A DNA stretch of 64,000 bases, taken from contig CAYHBD010000016.1 of assembly GCA_964354805.1 (NCBI GenBank), positions 68,532 to 132,531 on the forward strand, in the 5' to 3' direction. The stretch is from an uncultured archaeon. GTDB taxonomy: Archaea; Iainarchaeota; Iainarchaeia; Iainarchaeales; GCA-2688035. The notes beneath the pieces are model-generated. The model had not been told where the DNA came from, ran no database searches, and saw only the letters and a list, made by a program, of their open reading frames with translations. The translations under genes and the position numbers were made by a program. Each line of letters begins with the position of its first letter. Position 1 is the stretch's first letter. Shown one piece after another: positions 28,206 through 38,227 of the stretch.

Positions 28206-30524
28206 ATGATTCTGATAATTGCGGAGAAAGCTATTGCCGGGCGAAGAATTGCGGGAATTCTTGCTGGTGAAAGGCATTTGGAGAAAGCGAGCGCTGGGGC
28301 AATCTATTTTGATTTCGAGCAGAAGGGGCAGCAATACAGCGTTGTTCCATTGCGGGGGCACATTGTTGACGTGGATTTTCCAGTTAAATACAGCCAGTGG
28401 CTTGGGACAGATTTGCGGAAGCTTGCTGAAAGCGAAATAGAATACATTGAAACAGAGAAAACAATTGCAGGCCTTTTGAAGAGAATCGCGCCCCTTGTTG
28501 AAGAGGCCATTGTTGCAACTGATGACGATAGGGAAGGGGAATCAATCGGCCTGGAAGCAATTGAAATACTGCATAGTGTTAACAAAAAAATCCCTGTAAA
28601 GAGAATGAAGTTCAGTGCAATAATTGAACAGGAAATAAAACCGGCTTTCGCTGCCCTGCAGCCGCTGGACAGGAACCTTGCTGAAAGCGCCAATGCAAGA
28701 AGGGAAATAGACCTTGTCTGGGGTGCTGTCCTGACAAGATTCCTCTCGCTTATTTCAGGTCAGCTTGGAAAACAGTTCCTCAGCATGGGCAGAGTTCAAG
28801 GCCCTACGCTTGGCTTGATTGTTGACAGGGAAAAGGAGAGAATGGCGTTTGAATCAAAAAAGTACTGGATAGTGCAGGCGCTTTTTGAAAAAGACAAGCA
28901 GCAATTCATTGCATTGCACAAGAAAGGCAGGTTCTGGGAAAAGGGGGAAGCTGAGAAAGCAGCCCAGTGCAAAAAGGCAAAAGAGGGGACAGTGCAGCAG
29001 GTAAAGAAAACAAAAAAGGTTCTAAGCCGGCCTGTTCCGTTCAACACAACCCTTTTCCTGAGGGCAGCAACAGCAATCGGCTTCAGTGCCGGAAGGGCAA
29101 TGCAGATTGCCGAGACTCTTTACCAGCAGGGCTTAACCAGCTATCCGAGAACAGACAACAGCGTTTACCCGCCAGCGCTTGATTTGAGGGCAATTTTAAG
29201 CCAGCTGGCAACAGTGCACCAGTTTGCTCCAATGGCAGGGCAATTGCTTAACCAGAAAAAACTTGAAGCAAGCAAGGGCACTTTTGCAAAAGACCATCCT
29301 CCGATTCACCCTGTTGCAGCGCCATCGCGCCAGCTGCAGGCTGATGAGTGGAGAATCTACGAGCTGATTTGCAGGCGCTTTATGGCAACGCTTGCTGAAG
29401 ATGCTTTAACGGAGAACCTTGCTGTTGAAATAGAGCTGGCAAAAGAACTGTTTGTTGCAAACGGGCAGCGTTATTTGAGCAAGGGCTGGAAGCTATTCTA
29501 TCCTTACAGCAAGGCTGAGGAAACAATTCTGCCAGTGCTGCAGAAAGGCGACAAGGTTCTGCTTGTCAAATTGGATATGCTGGCGAAGGAAACACTGCCG
29601 CCTCCTAGATACAGCCAGGGTGCTTTGATTAAGGAAATGTCAGATTTGAATTTGGGCACGAAAGCAACCAGGGCTGAAATAATCCAGAAGCTTTATGCAA
29701 GAAAATACATTTCAGGGCAGAAGGCAATTGAGCCAAACAAGATTGCTTTTGCAGTGATTGATTCGCTTGAGAAATACGATGGCGTTGTTGTTAAGCCAAA
29801 GATGACTGCCGATCTGGAAAAAGAGATGGATACTGTTGCTGAAGGAAAGAAAGAGAAAAAAGCTGTTGTTGACGAAAGCAGGCAGTTCCTTTCGAGCGCT
29901 TTGCAGCAGCTGTTGCAGAATAAAAACGAGATTGGTTCAATGCTGCGCGCTGCTTTGAGGGCCGATGCAATAATCGGCAAGTGCACAAAGCCTGGATGCG
30001 ATGGCGAGCTTTTGATGAGGCATGGCAGGACTGGAAAGCGTTTCCTAGGCTGCTCTGCTTATCCAAAATGCACTAACACTTTCCCTCTGCCGCAAAAGGG
30101 CAGCATAACTGTTCTGCAAAAGCGGTGCGATGCCTGCGGCAATTTCATGATTCAAGTTGGCGGCAGAAGATACAGGTTCAGCATGTGCATTGACCCGAAC
30201 TGCAAAAGCAAGGATGAGTGGAAGAAAAAGCGCGAAGAGAGGATCAGGGCGCAGGGAGAGAAAGAAGCAGCTGAGAAAGCCGCAGAAAAGAAAGTTGTTG
30301 AAGAAGCTGCAGAAAAGAAAGCAGCTGAGAAAGGTGCTGGAAAGAAAGTTGCTGAAAAGGGTGCAGAAAAGAAAGTGGCCGAAGATGGTGCCGGAAAAAT
30401 TAAAGAATTGAAAGCGCTTCCCAAAAAGAAAAAGGCAAAAAGCAGCAAGCTGAAAGAAACAGGGCAAGTAGCAGAGAAAAAGAAAAAAATCAAGGAATTT
30501 AAAACCGCGAGCCCAAGCGAGTGA
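28206..30524 (+). CDS. topA: DNA topoisomerase I (type IA) with C-terminal zinc ribbons and a Lys/Ala/Glu-rich tail
   Basis: TOPRIM LIIAEKAIAGRRIA...ATDDDREGE, active-site region SYPRTDN, Zn ribbons CTKPGCDG...CSAYPKC and CDACG...CIDPNC, then AAEKK-type repeats. Confidence 0.9.
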   Translation: MILIIAEKAIAGRRIAGILAGERHLEKASAGAIYFDFEQKGQQYSVVPLRGHIVDVDFPVKYSQWLGTDLRKLAESEIEYIETEKTIAGLLKRIAPLVEEAIVATDDDREGESIGLEAIEILHSVNKKIPVKRMKFSAIIEQEIKPAFAALQPLDRNLAESANARREIDLVWGAVLTRFLSLISGQLGKQFLSMGRVQGPTLGLIVDREKERMAFESKKYWIVQALFEKDKQQFIALHKKGRFWEKGEAEKAAQCKKAKEGTVQQVKKTKKVLSRPVPFNTTLFLRAATAIGFSAGRAMQIAETLYQQGLTSYPRTDNSVYPPALDLRAILSQLATVHQFAPMAGQLLNQKKLEASKGTFAKDHPPIHPVAAPSRQLQADEWRIYELICRRFMATLAEDALTENLAVEIELAKELFVANGQRYLSKGWKLFYPYSKAEETILPVLQKGDKVLLVKLDMLAKETLPPPRYSQGALIKEMSDLNLGTKATRAEIIQKLYARKYISGQKAIEPNKIAFAVIDSLEKYDGVVVKPKMTADLEKEMDTVAEGKKEKKAVVDESRQFLSSALQQLLQNKNEIGSMLRAALRADAIIGKCTKPGCDGELLMRHGRTGKRFLGCSAYPKCTNTFPLPQKGSITVLQKRCDACGNFMIQVGGRRYRFSMCIDPNCKSKDEWKKKREERIRAQGEKEAAEKAAEKKVVEEAAEKKAAEKGAGKKVAEKGAEKKVAEDGAGKIKELKALPKKKKAKSSKLKETGQVAEKKKKIKEFKTASPSE

Positions 30525-30535
30525 GAAGGAGGAAG

Positions 30536-30575
30536 AGGGAGCATAAATCGCTTCCCTCCTGATCTAGCTTTTTTT
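30536..30575 (+). terminator. Possible terminator after topA: imperfect hairpin plus T7 run
   Basis: AGGGAGC-ataaatc-GCTTCCCT (7-8 bp with one bulge) followed by gatctagcTTTTTTT. Starts 12 nt after the topA stop. Confidence 0.3.
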
Positions 30576-30635
30576 CAGAGTGATGCATTGAATGCAGCCC
30601 CTGTTTTTACTTGGTGAGCCTAATCCTCCCAGAGC

Positions 30636-30725
30636 GCTGCATTAAAAAGCGAATTAATTGTTCAAATGCAGCACCCCTTCCAAAGTGTTGCATAAAAAAC
30701 AAAATTAATTGTTCAAATGCAACAC
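30636..30725. repeat. Two 39-nt direct repeats (51-nt period), each a stem-loop with a covarying stem
   Basis: Unit 1 at 30636-30674: GCTGCATT-21 nt-AATGCAGC. Unit 2 at 30687-30725: GTTGCAT-N-ATGCAAC. Both share the loop core AATTAATTGTTCAA. A related TGCATTgAATGCA lies at 30584-30596. Confidence 0.6.
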
Positions 30726-30905
30726 TTTGTCTCTCAACCGTGTTTCAAAAAACTTTCTACTCCCCCTTTTTTGTCAACCCCTCCTATTACATTGCATTAA
30801 TATATGACCCTATTTGATATATATCAATTCATTTGCTTTTAGTGCCTCTTTTTGCACAGTTAATTTTTTAAAGATGTTCCATTTAATACATTTTTAGTGG
30901 TTTTT

Positions 30906-31442
30906 ATGTCAAATCAGATGCGTGTTATTGACGGCATTAGAATAGCTATTTTGGATTCTTTGCTCAAGCCGCGCAGCGTTCAGCCAAACATCAGGCAGAT
31001 AAAGCACTACACCGACTTTCACAAGGCTACAATCAAGAGCAGCCTTGATTTTCTGCAGAAGGAAGGCGTTCTGCAGGGCTTTGGCCCTAAGGTTGATTTC
31101 AGAAAGCTTGGCTACAATCTGGAGGTTTTGACCCTGAGCCAGGCTGATTTAAGCGCACAAAAAGAATTTGAGAAATACCTTGAGACAATAGGCAAGGACC
31201 CGCACGTTTACTGGGCGAGCAGTGTTGTTGGTTCTGGCAACTGGAATATTTTAAGCAGGCACATCCACAGGGACATTGAATCTTTCCACGCTGAAGGCCA
31301 GAAGAGGTACAGGTCAATAGCAGGCTTCTATGACCTGGTCAAGGACACGCAGAGCTTTTTTTCAGTAGAGCCAGTTTTCAAGAACGCAAGCAGGACAAAG
31401 TCAATAATCGAATTGATTAAAAGGGACGCAGGAAAAGATTAA
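30906..31442 (+). CDS. Putative winged-helix transcriptional regulator (Lrp-like architecture)
   Basis: IRQIKHYTDFHKATIKSSLDFLQKEGVLQGFG resembles a wHTH. The C-terminal alpha/beta domain is unassigned. Confidence 0.4.
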   Translation: MSNQMRVIDGIRIAILDSLLKPRSVQPNIRQIKHYTDFHKATIKSSLDFLQKEGVLQGFGPKVDFRKLGYNLEVLTLSQADLSAQKEFEKYLETIGKDPHVYWASSVVGSGNWNILSRHIHRDIESFHAEGQKRYRSIAGFYDLVKDTQSFFSVEPVFKNASRTKSIIELIKRDAGKD

Positions 31443-31561
31443 GCAGCCCAGCATTAATTAAAAAAGGGATAAACAGTTTATTTTTTTGAAAACGCAATTG
31501 GTTTTGCCAATGGAAATATAAATCGATTTGGGCAAAAGCATTGAATTGGCTGTTGATTGAA

Positions 31562-32365
31562 ATGGAAGTAGAGATTGATTTGGACAAAAGCGTTGAGGAA
31601 AACGCTTCTGAATACTTTGAGCGGAGCAAGAAAGCGAAGAAAAAACTGCAGGGCCTGATGCAGGCAATTGCCGAAACAGAGGAAAAATTAAGCCAGCTGC
31701 AGGCAGCGCCTGTTGAGAAAAAGCAGGCTGCAATAAAGCGGAAAATGCAGTGGTTCCAGGCATTCCACTGGTTCAAGAGCAGCGATGGCTTTCTTGTAAT
31801 TGGAGGCAGGGACGCGAAAAGCAATGAAGCGATTGTAAAAAAACATCTGGACAAAGATGATTTGTTTCTGCACGCTGACATTCAGGGAGCATCAGGCTGC
31901 GTAATAAAAAGCGATGGCAAAAAAGTGCCGGAAAGCACGCTGCAGGAGGCAGCCCAGTTCTCTGCTGTCCGCAGCAAGGCATGGCAGCAGGGCCTGCCTG
32001 CAGTTGATGTTTACGCTGTTGCGGAAGAGCAGGTTTCCAAGAAAGCCCAAAGCGGCGAGTTCCTTTCAACAGGCGCTTTCATGATTTACGGCGAAAGGCA
32101 GTGGTTCAGAAAAACAGGACTGCAATTTGCAATCGGATTGCTGAAAGAAGGCGAAACCTTTGCCGCAATGGCAGGCCCTCCAAGCGCGGTGAAAAAACAC
32201 TGCATTGTTTCCTTTGAAATAGTGCAGGGAAAGCAAAAGCCAAGCGATGTCGCAAAAAACCTGCTTGGCCTGTTTGAGAAAAAAGTGCCACAAAACGCTG
32301 TTTCGCTGGATGAAATAATTGCAGTGCTGCCTGGCGGCAGCCTTGGAATTAGGGAACGCTTTTAA
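31562..32365 (+). CDS. NFACT-R (DUF814) domain protein, Rqc2/NEMF/FbpA C-terminal-like, stand-alone
   Basis: FHWFKSSDGFLVIGGRDAKSNEAIVKKHLDKDDLFLHADIQGASGCVIK is the DUF814 signature. Preceded by a coiled-coil segment. No NFACT-N domain. Confidence 0.7.
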   Translation: MEVEIDLDKSVEENASEYFERSKKAKKKLQGLMQAIAETEEKLSQLQAAPVEKKQAAIKRKMQWFQAFHWFKSSDGFLVIGGRDAKSNEAIVKKHLDKDDLFLHADIQGASGCVIKSDGKKVPESTLQEAAQFSAVRSKAWQQGLPAVDVYAVAEEQVSKKAQSGEFLSTGAFMIYGERQWFRKTGLQFAIGLLKEGETFAAMAGPPSAVKKHCIVSFEIVQGKQKPSDVAKNLLGLFEKKVPQNAVSLDEIIAVLPGGSLGIRERF

Positions 32366-32411
32366 TTCTTTTTCCCATTGAATAATTTACTAAAACTTAA
32401 GGAGTGGAAAA

Positions 32412-35400
32412 ATGCCGGAGAAAAGCATTGAATTGAGGGTTGCAGACCCTGACCCAACGCATGTTGGAAGGAACATTGTCACTCTGGACAGGGAGACAAA
32501 GCAGGCGCTTAGCATTACCTCTGGCGACATTGTGGAAGTGGAAGGAACAAAAAAGACCGCCGCAATTGTCTGGCCAGCAAGGGCAGAGGATGAAAGCAAA
32601 AAGATTGTGCGGATGGACAACTTCATCAGGCACAATGCTGGCGTTGGCTTGGGCGAAAAGGTTGCCGTAAGAAAGTGCGAGCCAAAGGAGGCAAAGAAGG
32701 TTGTGCTTGCACCAAGTCAGGAAATTCGCATTATCGCCAGCGGCTTTGAGAGGATTTTGAAGAAGAACTTTTTGGGCAGGCCCCTGACTATTGGGGACAG
32801 CGTTTGGATTAGCGTTTTCGGCAGCGGCTTTGTTTACAGGGTGATTGACACCAACCCGAGAGGCATTGTGAAAGTAACTGATTTCACCCAGTTTTCTTTA
32901 AAGGAAAAGCCAGTGAAGGGCGAGCTTGAGGCAATTCCAAGGATTGCATACGAGGACATTGGCGGCCTTGACGAGCTGATTCAAAAGGTTCGAGAAATGG
33001 TTGAACTGCCGATGAAGCACCCTGAGTTGTTCAGAAGGCTTGGCATTGTTCCGCCCAAGGGCGTTTTATTGCACGGCCCTCCCGGCTGCGGAAAAACACT
33101 GCTTGCAAAAGCTGTTGCAAACGAAACACAGGCGCACTTCATTTCAGTGAATGCCCCTGAAGTAATGTCAAAGTATGTTGGGGAAGCAGAAGAGCGCATT
33201 AGGCAGATGTTCAAGGACGCCGAAGAAAACGCGCCAAGCATTATTTTCATTGACGAGATTGATGCAATCGCGCCAAAAAGAGAGGAAGTGATTGGGGAAG
33301 TGGAGCGAAGGGTTGTTGCCCAGATTCTTGCTTTGATGGATGGCCTTGAGGCAAGGGGCAATGTCATTGTTATTGCTGCGAGTGTAACTGGTGACACTCC
33401 TGTGTTGGTTAAGAAGGGGGGTGTTATTCAACTAGCTACAATTGGGGAAGTGGTTGACCCATATTATGCGGATGGGGGGGAAGGCATCCAAAAAGACGCC
33501 AGCGACTTGGAAGTTCTTGGGATGAAAAAGTTGGTTGCCAAACACAATTTGCCTTGGACTTGCTTTGGTGGAAGCAAATTCCAGCCGGTAAAAGCGGTGT
33601 TTAGGCATAGGGTTGCTGAAATTTATGAAATTGATTTTAATGGCGGAAAAATCAAGACAACCGGCAACCACTCAGTCTTTGTTAGAACTAGGAATGGCAT
33701 TCGGGCTAAAAGAGTTGACGATTTGAGTTTGAATGATGTTTTGGTTGATTTGCCATATAAGGTTAATCGGACTACCCCTGCTAAAATGGAAGTCAGGGCG
33801 CATGAATTCGCTTTGAGTGAAACTCCAATTAAACTTCCAGTTTATGGCAGTGAAGTTCAAGAGATGTATGCATTGGCAGTAGCAAGACAAATTAGTCCAC
33901 AGCAAGTTTCTAAAACAATGGGCGTTCATGTTACAACCGCGTATGGCTGGCAGCGGGGTGACAGAAAGCCAGACTTTTGCAGGTACCACGAGGCAGGCAT
34001 CCCAAACGAAGTAATTATCACGCCTGAATTGATGAAATTGTTTGGATATTATGTTGCCGAAGGTTATGCCAGATCGGAACTTGATTTCTGTTTCGGCGCC
34101 AAGGAGACGCATTTAATTGATGATGTTAGGAGTTCCATGAAATTAGTTTTCAATGTTGAACCTGATTCAATCATTGTTACAAATAATCGTTGTAACATTG
34201 TTTATCACAAAAAACCTTTGGCAGATTTTTTTGCAAGGCATTGCGGTAAGGGTGCCCGCAACAAAAGGCTTGCCTCATTCTTTTTCGAACTACCCAAAGA
34301 ATATTTCCTAAGCTTCTTGCAGGCATACATTGACGGAGATGGTTACGAAGACAAAAACGGAAGGCTGGAGGCAACATCAGTAAGCAAATCGCTTATCTGG
34401 GAACTGAACTGGCTTTGCAGGATGCACGGAATCAAATCCTATATTCACCAGTTTACCGCCAAAGAGGGAAGAACAATTAAAGGCGGAAAACCATTGAAAA
34501 AGACACTCGCATATCGCTTAGGTATCGGGAAAACCAACAATCCGTTCAGACTTTGCAAAAAAGTGCCGGCTCAAGGCTTGGCCAGAATTAAAAAAATCGC
34601 CAAAAAACAGTTTGACGGTTTCGTTTACGACCTGTGCGGTTGTGAAGAGGAAGCATTTTTTGGTGGTGAAGCCCCCATTTTGCTCCACAACACAAACAGG
34701 GTTAATTCAATTGACGAGGCATTGAGAAGGCCGGGCAGATTTGACAGGGAGATAGAGTTCCCTGTTCCTGACAAGGAAGCGAGGAAAGAGATTCTCGCAA
34801 TTCATACAAGGGGAATGCCTATCCACCCGCCGCTTGATTTTGAGTATTTGCGCGAGCTGGCTGAAAAAGAGAACGGCAAGTTTTTGTCAAAGCAAACAAT
34901 GGAGCAATTGGCAAAGCTGGTGAAAAAACCAGGCGATGAAAAAGAATTCTTTGCCTCTTTGGATGAAAAGGCAAAGGCAGAGGTAACAGAAGCCCTCAGG
35001 GACAAAATGCTTGAATACTTTGCTTCAATAACACACGGCTTTGTCGGGGCTGACCTTGCTGCTTTGGCAAAAGAGGCAGCAATGAAGGCGCTGAGGCGCT
35101 ATCTGCCAAAGATTGATTTGGAGGATGAGAAAATCCCCCCTGAATTATTGGAATCAATGGAAGTCAACAAAAGGGATTTCATTAATGGATTGAAGGATGT
35201 TCAGCCAAGCGCACTGAGGGAAGTGACGATTGAAGTTCCGAATGTCAAATGGGGGGACATCGGTGACTTGGAGGATGTAAAAGAGGAACTGAAGCAGGCT
35301 GTTGAATGGCCTTTAAAGCACCCCGACAGCTTTAAAAAAATGGGCATAAGGCCGCCCGCCGGTGTGCTATTGTTCGGGCCGCCTGGTTGCGGAAAAACAC

Positions 35401-36068
35401 TGCTTGCAAAAGCTGTTGCAACTGAAAGCGAGGCAAACTTTATTTCGATCAAGGGCCCGGAACTTTTGTCGCTTTGGGTTGGAGAATCGGAAAGAGGAGT
35501 TCGAAAGGTTTTCAGGAGAGCGCGGCAGGTTGCCCCCTGCATTGTTTTCTTTGACGAAATTGATTCAATTGCAGGCAGAAGAGGCATGGGCGCAGACAGC
35601 CATGTGACAGAAAGGGTTGTAAACCAGCTGCTTACAGAATTGGATGGAATTGAGCAGAACAGAAACGTTGTTTTTCTGGCTGCAACAAACAGGCCTGACC
35701 TGCTCGATCCTGGCCTGCTTAGGCCAGGCAGAATAGACAAGCTGATTAAGATTGATGCACCGGATGAAAAAGGCAGGCTTGCAATATTCAAGGTTCACAC
35801 AAAGAATGTCAGCCTTGCAAAGGATGTTTCTCTTGAAGAGCTTGCAAAGAAAACAGCCGGCTTCAGCGGAGCAGACATTGAAGGGCTTGTAAGGGAGGCA
35901 GCTTTGATTGCATTGAAGGAAAACAAGCTGGTTCCAAAGCCAGTTGAAAAAACTCACCTTGAGCAAGCGCTTGCGGAAGCGAAAGCAAGCATTTCCCCAA
36001 AGGTTGAAGAAGCATACGAAGAATTCGAAGAGCACCTCAGCGAATTCAAGCCGAGCTACGTTGGTTAG
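32412..36068 (+). CDS. cdc48: CDC48/VCP-like AAA+ ATPase (two AAA domains) interrupted by an intein in D1
   Basis: CDC48 N-domain. D1 Walker [16 protein letters not shown] and Walker [12 protein letters not shown]2 [15 protein letters not shown] and [10 protein letters not shown]. The conserved VIVIAATNRP is split as VIVIAA|S...HN|TNR. Confidence 0.92.
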   Translation: MPEKSIELRVADPDPTHVGRNIVTLDRETKQALSITSGDIVEVEGTKKTAAIVWPARAEDESKKIVRMDNFIRHNAGVGLGEKVAVRKCEPKEAKKVVLAPSQEIRIIASGFERILKKNFLGRPLTIGDSVWISVFGSGFVYRVIDTNPRGIVKVTDFTQFSLKEKPVKGELEAIPRIAYEDIGGLDELIQKVREMVELPMKHPELFRRLGIVPPKGVLLHGPPGCGKTLLAKAVANETQAHFISVNAPEVMSKYVGEAEERIRQMFKDAEENAPSIIFIDEIDAIAPKREEVIGEVERRVVAQILALMDGLEARGNVIVIAASVTGDTPVLVKKGGVIQLATIGEVVDPYYADGGEGIQKDASDLEVLGMKKLVAKHNLPWTCFGGSKFQPVKAVFRHRVAEIYEIDFNGGKIKTTGNHSVFVRTRNGIRAKRVDDLSLNDVLVDLPYKVNRTTPAKMEVRAHEFALSETPIKLPVYGSEVQEMYALAVARQISPQQVSKTMGVHVTTAYGWQRGDRKPDFCRYHEAGIPNEVIITPELMKLFGYYVAEGYARSELDFCFGAKETHLIDDVRSSMKLVFNVEPDSIIVTNNRCNIVYHKKPLADFFARHCGKGARNKRLASFFFELPKEYFLSFLQAYIDGDGYEDKNGRLEATSVSKSLIWELNWLCRMHGIKSYIHQFTAKEGRTIKGGKPLKKTLAYRLGIGKTNNPFRLCKKVPAQGLARIKKIAKKQFDGFVYDLCGCEEEAFFGGEAPILLHNTNRVNSIDEALRRPGRFDREIEFPVPDKEARKEILAIHTRGMPIHPPLDFEYLRELAEKENGKFLSKQTMEQLAKLVKKPGDEKEFFASLDEKAKAEVTEALRDKMLEYFASITHGFVGADLAALAKEAAMKALRRYLPKIDLEDEKIPPELLESMEVNKRDFINGLKDVQPSALREVTIEVPNVKWGDIGDLEDVKEELKQAVEWPLKHPDSFKKMGIRPPAGVLLFGPPGCGKTLLAKAVATESEANFISIKGPELLSLWVGESERGVRKVFRRARQVAPCIVFFDEIDSIAGRRGMGADSHVTERVVNQLLTELDGIEQNRNVVFLAATNRPDLLDPGLLRPGRIDKLIKIDAPDEKGRLAIFKVHTKNVSLAKDVSLEELAKKTAGFSGADIEGLVREAALIALKENKLVPKPVEKTHLEQALAEAKASISPKVEEAYEEFEEHLSEFKPSYVG
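33381..34691 (+). mobile_element. Intein (437 aa) with LAGLIDADG homing-endonuclease domain, inserted at the sensor-1 ATN motif of CDC48 D1
   Basis: Block [11 protein letters not shown] (Ser1), block [20 protein letters not shown] motifs [11 protein letters not shown] and [12 protein letters not shown]-terminal FVYDLCG...ILLHN followed by the +1 Thr. Removing 33381-34691 restores [27 protein letters not shown]. Confidence 0.85.
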
Positions 36069-36075
36069 ATGCCTC

Positions 36076-36654
36076 CTAAGGCGGGATAGGAACCATAAGC
36101 CACCCTATAATGGCTGAGAAGAAAACCGCTGCCCAAACAGAGGCGTTCCAGGCAAGAACTTTTTTTCCATCAAGTAACCAGACCGGCAGCATGTTGAACA
36201 TTGCCAGGAAAAAATTGATGTAGGCAGTGTAGAAGAATATCATGTTCAGCCAAGAGCTAAGGTTTAACAGCAGCAACAGAGAAAAAATAACCCCCAGTAC
36301 AACGTTTATTGCTGGCCCTGCAACCGAAATTATTCCGTTTTGCCTTCTGTCCAAGTTTCCTAGAATGTATGTGGCGCCAGGCATTGCAAATATGAGTCCA
36401 ATTAATGATAAAAAAACTGCAAAAATGAGACCCGGCTGCCAAGCCCTGTATTCTGAGTGAAATCCAAATTTTCTTGCGACGTTTCTGTGGGCCATTTCGT
36501 GTAAAACAAACGCTGTTCCAACACCAACCAAAGCCAGAGGAAACGCTTGGGGAAAGCCAGTTAGACCTAAAAACCCTCCGCTAAGGGCAATTGCAAACGC
36601 AACGCTCAGCGTCAGCCAGCTGATAATTAAATCGTTCCTCTCCCTTGCATTCAT
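36076..36654 (-). CDS. Site-2 protease-family (M50) membrane metalloprotease
   Basis: HEMAHR zinc motif in a TM helix and NMLPVWLLDG (NxxPxxxLDG). Confidence 0.7.
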   Translation of the reverse strand: MNARERNDLIISWLTLSVAFAIALSGGFLGLTGFPQAFPLALVGVGTAFVLHEMAHRNVARKFGFHSEYRAWQPGLIFAVFLSLIGLIFAMPGATYILGNLDRRQNGIISVAGPAINVVLGVIFSLLLLLNLSSWLNMIFFYTAYINFFLAMFNMLPVWLLDGKKVLAWNASVWAAVFFSAIIGWLMVPIPP

Positions 36655-36702
36655 AAGCCTTTTTCACTCCGTGAAAAATCCTTGGGGAAAATCGCCTTTG
36701 GC
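36655..36702 (+). repeat. Two-hairpin repeat element, copy abutting the M50 protease start codon
   Basis: AAGCC-TTTTTCAC-tcc-GTGAAAAA-TCCTTGGGGAAAATC-GCC-ttt-GGC. Confidence 0.65.
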
Positions 36703-36810
36703 ATGCAAATTTTTTATTGAAAAAGAATTAAAAACCAAGCCGCTCATTTTCTTCGTTTTTTGCCGAATTAACTGCATGGTTTTTATATCTTGCCAAAGGG
36801 TGCTTTTTTT

Positions 36811-37014
36811 ATGGCTAAAATGTTTTCTTGGTTAAGGGATTGCCTGCTGGACAGAAGGGCGCAGATTTCAGTGGAACTGATAATCATCATGGCGGCTGTT
36901 GTTGCACTGGTCCTGATGCTCGTGAGCCAGCTGCAGTCAACAGGCACTGATGCAAATAAGAAAATTGGAGAGAAAGCCGAAGATGTCTTCAAGAAAATTG
37001 AGGAAATCAAATAA
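36811..37014 (+). CDS. Small type IV pilin (class III signal peptide)
   Basis: MAKMFSWLRDCLLDRRA/QISVELIIIMAAVVALVLMLV. ATG at 36811 preferred over the TTG at 36790. Confidence 0.6.
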   Translation: MAKMFSWLRDCLLDRRAQISVELIIIMAAVVALVLMLVSQLQSTGTDANKKIGEKAEDVFKKIEEIK

Positions 37015-37029
37015 AAACAGTGTTCCAAA

Positions 37030-37443
37030 ATGCACAGCAGCAGAGGCCAGCTTAGCTTGGAGTACCTGATTTTGTTGGCTGCTGTTCTAGCTGTTTTTGC
37101 CATGCTGCTGCCGCTTCTTAGCAGCATTTACTCGCACGGATTGTTTGCCTTGGACTCAATCAACGCAAAGCAGTTCGCTGTTTCAATGCAGCAGCACGTT
37201 GACGAAATGCAATTTCAGGCGGACGGCGCGATTGCTTCATTCAGCGTAAAACCGTTTAAAGTGTGGGGTATCAGGAGCGATGCCAAGCAATTCCTTGTCA
37301 CAGTGCCTGACCCTGAAGGGAAGCCAAAAGAATTCGCAGTAAACTTTCCAAACGAAATCGAATTGCTGCCTGCGACAGTTGCAAAAGAAACGCATTTTGT
37401 GGTGCAAAAGCAATCAGGCAGAATCCTGCTTGAATACAACTAG
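37030..37443 (+). CDS. Type IV pilin-like protein (class III signal peptide)
   Basis: MHSSRG/QLSLEYLILLAAVLAVFAMLL. Confidence 0.65.
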   Translation: MHSSRGQLSLEYLILLAAVLAVFAMLLPLLSSIYSHGLFALDSINAKQFAVSMQQHVDEMQFQADGAIASFSVKPFKVWGIRSDAKQFLVTVPDPEGKPKEFAVNFPNEIELLPATVAKETHFVVQKQSGRILLEYN

Positions 37444-37776
37444 CTTTATTTCATGCCTCTGCATTAAGCCGTCAAAGAAAACGATTTCCGACGCAATGCC
37501 CGCCTTCCCCCCTTCTCCAACTGTTGTTTCAGTTCCGTCAAGAACGATTTTTCCGCTCACGCCGGGGAAAGCAAAGCGAAAATCCCCCTGCATTTGCCCT
37601 GCATTTAGACTGCTTCCCTGCATTTGCCAGATTGAAAGCAAATCGTTTTCCTTCTTGAAAACATGCAGGTCATTCAAATAACTGCTCTGCTGGGGCAAAG
37701 GAAAAGCAAGCAGCGATACAAGCAACGCCATTGACAGAATTGCCTCAGCGCTCAAATAAAAGCCCTTATTTTTCAC
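37414..37776 (-). CDS. Type IV pilin-like protein
   Basis: MKNKG/FYLSAEAILSMALLVSLLAF. Confidence 0.6.
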   Translation of the reverse strand: MKNKGFYLSAEAILSMALLVSLLAFPLPQQSSYLNDLHVFKKENDLLSIWQMQGSSLNAGQMQGDFRFAFPGVSGKIVLDGTETTVGEGGKAGIASEIVFFDGLMQRHEIKLVVFKQDSA

Positions 37777-38227
37777 ACACGCTCACCGCCACAAGCCCTT
37801 TCACGCCATTCAGCAAAACAAGCCTGTCCAAAGCAATACAGTTTTTGCCTGCAGGGCCCTCAAAAAAACCCTGTTCAATCCCAAACTCATCCTTAAAAGA
37901 AACCCTGCTGACAAAAAAGCCATCTTTCTCAAATTGCTCTGCCCTGCTGAGCAGAACGCTGTCCAAATTATTGCTCAAAACCCTGTGCTTCTCTGCATCA
38001 AACAAGGCGCTTCCAAGCAAGGGTTGCTCTGCATCATTGTTCTTAACCAGGCTGTCAGCCAAAAATATTGCGTTCCTCTGCAAATCAAATCTGTTGATTG
38101 ATTCAACCTGCTGGTCCTTCAAAACGCTGGCATGCATCAAAATCAGCAAAACCATCAACAGCATTGCAATAAAAGAAACCGCCAAATCAATAGAGAAAAT
38201 AAACCCACGTTCACCGGTAATGTTCAT
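37766..38227 (-). CDS. Type IV pilin-like protein
   Basis: MNITGERG/FIFSIDLAVSFIAMLLMVLLIL. Confidence 0.6.
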   Translation of the reverse strand: MNITGERGFIFSIDLAVSFIAMLLMVLLILMHASVLKDQQVESINRFDLQRNAIFLADSLVKNNDAEQPLLGSALFDAEKHRVLSNNLDSVLLSRAEQFEKDGFFVSRVSFKDEFGIEQGFFEGPAGKNCIALDRLVLLNGVKGLVAVSVCEK

